DNA of 12,784 nucleotides. It comes from Chloroflexota bacterium. GTDB taxonomy: Bacteria > Chloroflexota > Anaerolineae > 4572-78 > NAK82. The DNA is taken from assembly GCA_024276515.1 (NCBI GenBank), contig JAJRXB010000230.1, positions 1 through 12,784 on the forward strand, read 5' to 3'. A model generated the notes under the pieces. That model was given only the letters and a program-made list of their open reading frames with translations. It had not been told where the DNA came from and searched no databases. Of this stretch, positions 7,473-12,784 are shown piece by piece. The position numbers were made by a program, and so were the translations under genes. Position 1 is the stretch's first letter. Each line of letters starts with the position of its first letter.

Positions 7473-9803
7473 CTAGTGTATATCCATGAACGGTTCCGGC
7501 CCAACGGATAACGCTACGTAATCAATCTCGTGGAATTTCACTCCGTGAGAGATTGAGTACAATCTGATTCTGCTATGCCCATTTGAATCGGGAAGGTACG
7601 GCAGAAGCTCGTATACGCCTTCGGACCATTCGAATCTTGGTTTCAGCCTGCCGACTTCTCGCCAGTTAGAAGCCTGATCAAGCGCTTGAACCACAATTGC
7701 CGGCGGGCCGATGTACGGCTTTTCCTCTCCTTCGCCAGTGTTAAAGCCTTTAACTCTCAACACTAATCTAGCCCCCCCAGATATATCTATACTGCCAAAG
7801 TCTATGTCAACATAGTCTCCGCTATAGGCGCGATAACCTGAATCGTTCATTGTGGCGACCAGAGCTCTTACATCACTGTCATAAGAACTCACAGCCGAAA
7901 TGGGCGTCACCAATTCCGCGGGCCGATAGGCATGAATGTCCCCGTTGTTATCCGGTCCAACTCTAACGTCAGGCTCATGGTCTACAGCAAGCAGGCCTAC
8001 CATGTCCGTCCATGAGTCTTCTTCCGCTATCTCGCGGATTTCAAGAACGTATTCGTCGTCTTGGGCCACAAGCGGCTGTTGGAGCAAATAGTAATCCGTG
8101 TATTCTCCTTGCGGATACCGGGCCACAGAATAGATATCATTATCCTCAACAAAATCGGTCCCATTCCACGCAAAGACCCATGGACAGGAACGCTTCTTAC
8201 GCGCGGACGCGGGGGTTGGGTTCGGGAACTTCCAAATGAAACTGCGTTCCACGCTAGGTTGGCTGAGGGGGATGCCTTCCGGTACTCCGTCAGCCCTTGT
8301 CCCTGTTTGATGAATGAGCTTCACAGACCAATGAAACAGTCCATCGTGTGAGAGCCCCGGAAGGTATTTGTGCTCGGCTACTGACCAGTTCGTCTCTTGC
8401 GTCCAAGCATAATCGGTCCAGATCTCGTTTTCGTGCTTGAAAGATATCGTTATGAGATAATACTCGTCAGGAGCTAAAGAGGGCTTTACCGCACTCCACC
8501 TCAAAATGATCTCAGCGAAAGACTCACTATAGTATGTCCCATCGCGAGGTGCCAACAGAGTTGGCGCTGGAAGAAGCGAACCTGCTTGAGCCGTTGGCGG
8601 CAATGGTGTATCCATTGGTGTCGCCGGCACTGGTGTGTCTGTCGGTGCCGGCGGCGTCGGCGTGTTGGTCGCCGCTGGCGTGGCCGTGGCCGTCGGCGTG
8701 TCGGTGGGGCTGGACGTCCATGTCGACGTGTCGGTGGGGCTGGGCGTCCACATCGGCGTGTCGGTGGGACTGGGCGTCCAAGTGGGTGTGTCAGTGGGAA
8801 CTTGAGCCATGGCCTCTGCTGTCTGGGTGGCCCACAAGCGGGCCTGGGTGGCGGTAGCGTCGGCCGACCTGCGCTTCTCCCATACCCGCCAGTCGCCGAT
8901 GGCCAGCACGACGACCAGCAAGAGAGCAAGTCCCCCAACCAGGATCGGGATCAGCCGCGAGCGATGCTCCCTTCTCTGCCTGTCAACCAGGAGACCCTGC
9001 TCCAGCGCCCCCGCGAATTCCCTCGCAGACCGGTATCGCTGCTCGCTCTCCTTCTCCAACGATTTGGCCACGACCCTCTCCAGCCAATCGGGCACGTCGG
9101 GGCGCAGGTCGTGCAGGGACTTCCCCATCCCGGTCGCCTTCCGGTAAGGCACACCAGTCAGCATCTCGAACAGCACGCACCCCACGCTGAACAGGTCGCT
9201 GGCCGGAAGGAGATAGGCCGTGGTCTCGGCCTGCTCGGGCGACATGTACAGCGGAGTGCCGGGGTGAGACTCTCCCCACCCGGTGCGCATGCTCTCATCG
9301 GCCACCTGGGCCACGCCGAAGTCGGCCAGCTTGGGTTGCCCTTTGCCCGTCAGCAACACGTTGGACGGCTTGATGTCCCGGTGCACGATGTCCCACGGGT
9401 GTTGGTGCACCGTGGACAGACCCTCCAACAGGCCCAAGGTGATGCGCACTGCTTCCTCGGTCGGCAGGCCGCTCCCCCCGGCCAACCGGTTGCTCAAGGA
9501 TCGGCCGTCCACGTATTCCATCACCAGGTACATGGCGTCCGGCGCCGGCTCCAGAAGCTCGTACACGTGAGCGATGTTGGGGTGCTTGAACTGCGCCTGG
9601 ACACGGGCCTCGCGACGAAAACGGTCGGCGAAGCGAGCATAGTCAGTAGAGCCCACCTCACCTTCACCCTTGAGCAGCTCTTTGATGGCTACCTCACGGC
9701 CCAACGATACGTCTTCCGCCCGGTAGACGCGTCCAAACGTCCCCTGTCCAATCGTCTCTTTGATTTCGTACTTCCCGCCAATGACGTTTCCCGGTTGCAG
9801 CAT
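7473..9803 (-). CDS. Membrane Ser/Thr protein kinase 2 with PT/Trp-repeat linker, sensor domain paralogous to kinase 1, and an extra ~250-aa C-terminal beta-rich domain
   Basis: ATG at 9803 with GGAGGAAG 5 nt upstream. Kinase motifs: GQGTFGRVY, AIKEL, HRDIKPSNVLL, DFGVAQV, GTPLYMSPE. TM segment LIPILVGGLALLLVVVLAI. Linker with TPxWTPSPTD repeats. Domain APTLLAPRD...LRWS...DEYYLITI...WTQET aligns to kinase 1. An extra tail follows (CPWVFAWNGTDFVEDND...RLVLRVKGFNTGEGE...). The 3' ~1 kb of the CDS is ~45-50% GC. Confidence 0.85.
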   Translation of the reverse strand: MLQPGNVIGGKYEIKETIGQGTFGRVYRAEDVSLGREVAIKELLKGEGEVGSTDYARFADRFRREARVQAQFKHPNIAHVYELLEPAPDAMYLVMEYVDGRSLSNRLAGGSGLPTEEAVRITLGLLEGLSTVHQHPWDIVHRDIKPSNVLLTGKGQPKLADFGVAQVADESMRTGWGESHPGTPLYMSPEQAETTAYLLPASDLFSVGCVLFEMLTGVPYRKATGMGKSLHDLRPDVPDWLERVVAKSLEKESEQRYRSAREFAGALEQGLLVDRQRREHRSRLIPILVGGLALLLVVVLAIGDWRVWEKRRSADATATQARLWATQTAEAMAQVPTDTPTWTPSPTDTPMWTPSPTDTSTWTSSPTDTPTATATPAATNTPTPPAPTDTPVPATPMDTPLPPTAQAGSLLPAPTLLAPRDGTYYSESFAEIILRWSAVKPSLAPDEYYLITISFKHENEIWTDYAWTQETNWSVAEHKYLPGLSHDGLFHWSVKLIHQTGTRADGVPEGIPLSQPSVERSFIWKFPNPTPASARKKRSCPWVFAWNGTDFVEDNDIYSVARYPQGEYTDYYLLQQPLVAQDDEYVLEIREIAEEDSWTDMVGLLAVDHEPDVRVGPDNNGDIHAYRPAELVTPISAVSSYDSDVRALVATMNDSGYRAYSGDYVDIDFGSIDISGGARLVLRVKGFNTGEGEEKPYIGPPAIVVQALDQASNWREVGRLKPRFEWSEGVYELLPYLPDSNGHSRIRLYSISHGVKFHEIDYVALSVGPEPFMDIH
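8701..8798. repeat. 30-bp tandem repeat (3.3 copies) encoding decapeptide T-P-x-W-T-P-S-P-T-D in the kinase 2 linker
   Basis: tcggtggggctggacgtccatgtcgacgtg / tcggtggggctgggcgtccacatcggcgtg / tcggtgggactgggcgtccaagtgggtgtg / tcagtggg. Similar but less regular GTGGGCGTN low-complexity runs encode the PT linkers at ~3835-3915 and ~5385-5540. Confidence 0.8.
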
Positions 9804-9839
9804 GCTCTTCCTCCGTGTACGTGCGACCCCACGTTGTTC

Positions 9840-12419
9840 TCAGTGATCCCCTCGCTGGGCCGCTTCCTCCATCGCCTGCCACACCGAGGCCTCGCGGATG
9901 GCCTCGATCCGCTCCCGGCCCGGGCAGACGAAGTTGATGGCCGTCACGCCCTCCACCCGTAGCCCGGCCTGGGTCAGTCGCCGGCCCAACTCCACCTCCA
10001 GGGCCACGGTCAGCGTCTCCCGCTCCCGGAAACCCGGCTGTAGCTCTGCCAGGGCGCGTTCCCGCAGCCAGGTCTGCACCACGTTGGCCACACCCGGCTC
10101 CAGCCGCCCGGCCAGGTCGGAAGCGGTAATGCGTCCCTGCTCCGACCCCGGCCCCAGCCACAGGTCCAGTGCCCGCTCCGGCTCGACCCTGACCACCACG
10201 CCGAACTCCACGTCCACCTGCACCGGATCGGACGTGGGGAATGGCCCGGCGCGGAAGGCCAGGCGGAAGGGGCGGTTATCCACCACCACTGCCTCCCACG
10301 TGGGCGGGCGGCCCAGCAGCGGCTTGCGCAGCTCGGAGAAGTCGGCGCGGGCGTAGCGGCCCGGCCCCCGCTGCCCGACGTTGCGCCCATCGGCCAGGAC
10401 GATGGCCGTGTGGCCCAGGCCCACCTCCAGCACCTCCTCCGGCGCGACCCGGACGGCCACCTCCCGCTCGTCGGTGACCAGTCCGGGCCAGGGCGCGGGC
10501 CACTCGAACGGCACGGGCTGAGGGACGGGGGGCGCGGCCTCTGCTTTCTCGACCTGCACCCTCACCAGCCCGGCGCTCCCCTTGACCCGCACCCTGGGCA
10601 CCGGCGCGCCTTCGGTCAGACGCAGGACGACCGCGCCGGCGTCCTCCCCGACCACGACGTCAGCGTCGAGCGGCTTCACGTCGAGCGTGAAGCGCCAGTC
10701 GGTGTCCAGCCGTGTGCCCTGCTCACCGCTATATTGCAGAGTGATCAGCAACTCCCCGGCCAGCGGGGTGACGTCCTCGGCCACGACCTCGGCCTGGCCT
10801 CCAGGGGCGATGGGCTCCAGCGGGAACTTGACCCGCTTGGCCAACCGCCCGGCCAGCCGCACCCAGACGTCCTGCGCCGGCGCATCGCCGAAGTTGCGCA
10901 CGTCGAAGGCGATCTCTCCCGGCATGCCGGCCTCGAAGGGGGGGAAGTTGACCGGCCGCACCTGCAAACGCGGCAACGGGGCCAGGCGCGAGGCGCGCGC
11001 GCGGCAGCGTTGAGCCTGCGGGTGCTGCCCGGCCTCGTCGTAACAGTCGGCGGCACGCAGGTAGAGCGCGGCCGCCCGCGGCCGGTCGCGGGAGCCCAGT
11101 GCCCGGGCCGCCCGCTCGTATTCGGCGGCCACCTGCCCGGGCGGGTCGAGGGCCGCTTCGCGCAGCCGGGCCGCCCGTTCCGGCTGGGGCGACGCCCGCC
11201 ACACGGCCAGCGCCGCGTCGTGGTGGCGGCGGCGTTCGTCCGCGTCGCCGGCGAAATCGCCGGCCAGGGCATGGAAAGCCGCTGCCGCTGCCTCCTGCCC
11301 CTGCTCCTGGCACCATGCCGCAGCCCACGCCCATTCCCCCAGGTGCCAGGGGAGCGCCGCCAGGCCCCCGCCGGCGTCCCCCACGTACACCACCCCGTCC
11401 TCCACCACCGGCCCGGCGGCGATGCTCTCGCCCATCCGGTAGGTCCCCCGTTGGGCCAGGTCCCGGCCGGCCAGCAGGCACAGCGAGCCGTCGCTCAAAC
11501 CGGCGAACAGCAGCCCCTGCCACAAGGCCATCCCCGACACCACCCCCCGGCCCAGGGGAACGCGCTGCGCCGGTTTCCCGTCCCAGCCCAGAGCGACCAC
11601 CTCCCCGCCCCACGTGCCCAGGTAGATCGCCGCGTCGTCGGCGACGAGGGACGCGACGCGCTCGCCGGCCACGAAGGGCCCGGCCCACAGGGGATCGCCC
11701 CGCCGCAGCGAGAAGCCCCACGCCTTCCCCTCCTCGGTGACGACCGCCACCCGGCCACCGACCATCACCGGCGCGACCGACACCCGCCCGCCGATCTCCC
11801 GTTCCCACAACTTGTTGCCGTCACGGACGCTCAACGCCGCCGCGTGCCCCTGATGGTGACGGGTGGCCACCACCAGCACGCCGCCGGCGAGGACCGGCGA
11901 GGCCGAGACGGCCTGCCGCAGGTCGTGGCGGAAGGGGCGGGCTTCCAATCCGGGCCGGGTGAGCTCGTACACCCGGCCCTCCGAGGTGCCCAGGTAGAGG
12001 TTGTTGCCGGCCAGGGCCAGCCCGCCGGCCGATTCGCCCAGCCGCAGCCGCTGCACCTCCCGCCCGCCATCCGCCTCCAGCGCGACGACCTCCCCGCCCC
12101 GGGTGGAGACGAAGACGCGCCGGCCGTGGGCCACCACCGACCGGGCCGGCGCGCCCAGCGCCGCCGGCTCGTCCCAGGCCGCCGCGCCGTCCACGGCGTG
12201 CAGGGCATGCAGCCGGCCCTCGCGGTCGCTGATGAAGATACGCCCGCCATGCACCAGGGGACACCCCCGCCATCTGGCTTCGACTTCGGAGCGCCACAGG
12301 GCCTGTCCCGGTGGCGGGATGCGTTCCAGGGGCCGCCGTTCCCAACCGCAGAACGGGCAGCCGTTGGCCGCTCCCAGGTAACGCCCGCAGTGCGGGCAGA
12401 AGACTTGTGGTACGAACAC
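9840..12419 (-). CDS. Large multidomain protein: N-terminal zinc ribbon, PQQ/BamB-like beta-propeller, TPR-like helical region, Ig/CARDB-like domain, C-terminal SPFH (band-7) domain
   Basis: Zinc ribbon CPHCGRYLGAANGCPFCGW. Repeated G-x-(V/L)-(Y/F)-x-G-(T/S)-x-x-G-x-(L/V)-x-A-L...W blades. C-terminal SPFH-like signature (VQVDVEFGVVVRVEP...QTWLRERALAEL...TLTVALEVELGRRLTQAGLRVEGVTAINFVCP). Stop at 9840-9842, 36 nt before kinase 2, so they are co-transcribed. Preferred start is GTG at 12419 (AGGTGAGGAGG SD 5-6 nt upstream); the longer ORF starts at GTG 12449 with a poor SD. Confidence 0.7.
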   Translation of the reverse strand: MFVPQVFCPHCGRYLGAANGCPFCGWERRPLERIPPPGQALWRSEVEARWRGCPLVHGGRIFISDREGRLHALHAVDGAAAWDEPAALGAPARSVVAHGRRVFVSTRGGEVVALEADGGREVQRLRLGESAGGLALAGNNLYLGTSEGRVYELTRPGLEARPFRHDLRQAVSASPVLAGGVLVVATRHHQGHAAALSVRDGNKLWEREIGGRVSVAPVMVGGRVAVVTEEGKAWGFSLRRGDPLWAGPFVAGERVASLVADDAAIYLGTWGGEVVALGWDGKPAQRVPLGRGVVSGMALWQGLLFAGLSDGSLCLLAGRDLAQRGTYRMGESIAAGPVVEDGVVYVGDAGGGLAALPWHLGEWAWAAAWCQEQGQEAAAAAFHALAGDFAGDADERRRHHDAALAVWRASPQPERAARLREAALDPPGQVAAEYERAARALGSRDRPRAAALYLRAADCYDEAGQHPQAQRCRARASRLAPLPRLQVRPVNFPPFEAGMPGEIAFDVRNFGDAPAQDVWVRLAGRLAKRVKFPLEPIAPGGQAEVVAEDVTPLAGELLITLQYSGEQGTRLDTDWRFTLDVKPLDADVVVGEDAGAVVLRLTEGAPVPRVRVKGSAGLVRVQVEKAEAAPPVPQPVPFEWPAPWPGLVTDEREVAVRVAPEEVLEVGLGHTAIVLADGRNVGQRGPGRYARADFSELRKPLLGRPPTWEAVVVDNRPFRLAFRAGPFPTSDPVQVDVEFGVVVRVEPERALDLWLGPGSEQGRITASDLAGRLEPGVANVVQTWLRERALAELQPGFRERETLTVALEVELGRRLTQAGLRVEGVTAINFVCPGRERIEAIREASVWQAMEEAAQRGDH

Positions 12420-12505
12420 GTTGTCCTCCTCACCTGCGGCGCGACGCACCCTTTGACGGCTCAGAGCATACTTTCAAGGTGCGTTGCACCTTCGGCACAT
12501 CAGTT

Positions 12506-12526
12506 CTCCCCCCTCCCAGGGGGGAG
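12506..12526. other. Perfect 8-bp GC hairpin (CTCCCCCC-tccca-GGGGGGAG) in the divergent intergenic region
   Basis: An inverted repeat seen directly in the sequence, with no U-tract on either strand. It lies at the point where GC drops from ~70% to ~47%, which is a candidate IS left boundary. Confidence 0.5.
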
Positions 12527-12527
12527 C

Positions 12528-12784
12528 TAGCAGTCTGTCGGAGAAAACTTGTCAGCCAGGCAAAACTGTGATAGACTTGCGGTCAAGATACTCAAAGCCA
12601 GGAGGTTCATCCGATTATGGTTCCCAGAAGCAATAGGTTCATTACCGTGGATTACGAAGCGGCCCTTGACCTCAGCGTGAGCCTGCGAGACTGTCTGCCG
12701 CCCGACCATCTGGCCCGTTTCGTGGTGGACGTGATCGCCCTACTTGACCTGGACTGCATCTACGATCAGTATGGGACTCGCGGC
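12528..12784 (+). mobile_element. Probable left end of an IS element (boundary approximate)
   Basis: A GC drop begins at ~12528, followed by a transposase gene that runs off the window. The terminal inverted repeat cannot be defined without the right end. Confidence 0.4.
12617..12784 (+). CDS. IS5/IS1182-type transposase, N-terminal DUF772-like region (3' end outside window)
   Basis: AGGAGG 8 nt upstream of ATG 12617. MVPRSNRFITVDYEAALDLSVSLRDCLPPDHLARFVVDVIALLDLDCIYDQYGTRG matches the conserved LPxDHLxRFVVDxxxxLDL...Y N-terminus of DDE transposases of the IS5/IS1182/IS4 group. Confidence 0.65.
   Translation, partial: MVPRSNRFITVDYEAALDLSVSLRDCLPPDHLARFVVDVIALLDLDCIYDQYGTRG

Noticed and set aside
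7318-7476. 52-codon plus-strand ORF (MKIKSLFGRVCGMSENEMENLSPGAIATYSSSDVLRTSNTSLPWKRAEDKLS)
   Set aside because: It has no SD or promoter, it overlaps the kinase 2 stop convergently, and its composition is unremarkable. It is likely a chance ORF in the AT-richer spacer.
7473-8560. Diversity-generating retroelement target (kinase with a variable C-terminal domain)
   Set aside because: Kinase-fused DGR targets exist. Here, however, there is no reverse transcriptase or template repeat in the window. The C-terminus shows no CLec/FGE-sulfatase-type variable-region signature, and no adenine-biased near-repeat of the 3' end is visible.
12506-12526. Hairpin as a rho-independent terminator
   Set aside because: No U-tract follows on either strand. 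It lies between divergent gene starts, not after a gene end.
10410-12530. 706-aa plus-strand ORF, plus many other 60-450-aa ORFs antisense to the real genes (e.g. 388..1548 -, 3605..4951 -, 3988..4935 +, 10729..11808 -, 1694..2347 -)
   Set aside because: These are Arg/Gly/Pro-rich low-complexity translations typical of antisense frames in ~70% GC DNA. They have no recognisable motifs and fully overlap ORFs that have clear domain signatures.
1-12784. CRISPR arrays, tRNA/rRNA genes
   Set aside because: No regularly spaced direct repeats with unique spacers and no cloverleaf-like or rRNA-like conserved stretches were seen. The only tandem repeats are coding PT-linker repeats.

Overview
High-GC window (~68% GC, with a striking ~45-50% GC segment at ~7170-8560). 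Composition and the Pro/Thr-linker membrane kinases suggest a Chloroflexota-like genome, but this is a guess from sequence style only. Reading left to right:
- The 3' end of a type-1 BREX defence locus. pglZ/brxZ runs off the left edge and is followed 4 nt later by brxL. This brxL is unusually short: it stops right after the AAA+ module and lacks the C-terminal Lon-protease-like domain. A bidirectional hairpin terminator follows.
- A minus-strand operon: membrane Ser/Thr kinase 1, then a secreted or tethered VWA (MIDAS) protein with a cytoplasmic zinc-ribbon tail.
- A plus-strand nucleotidyltransferase (MNT antitoxin-like) gene. It sits behind a near-consensus sigma70 promoter placed for a leaderless transcript. 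A 39-codon HEPN-like remnant overlaps its stop, i.e. a decayed toxin-antitoxin pair.
- A second minus-strand operon: a giant protein (zinc ribbon, PQQ beta-propeller, helical region, Ig-like domain, SPFH/band-7) followed by membrane Ser/Thr kinase 2.
- A hairpin, then the 5' part of an IS5/IS1182-type (DUF772 N-terminus) transposase running off the right edge.
The two observations I rate highest:
- Both kinases carry a homologous, apparently uncharacterised ~110-aa extracytoplasmic domain behind a Pro/Thr linker. Each kinase's operon partner carries the same zinc-ribbon signature CxxCGxxLxANGxCPxCG.
- The whole extracytoplasmic half of kinase 2, plus 300 bp downstream, sits in the ~45-50% GC block. 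The break falls exactly at the PT-linker, suggesting a swapped-in sensor cassette.
No rRNA, tRNA or CRISPR array was seen. Most other long ORFs in the six-frame track are antisense artefacts of high GC.
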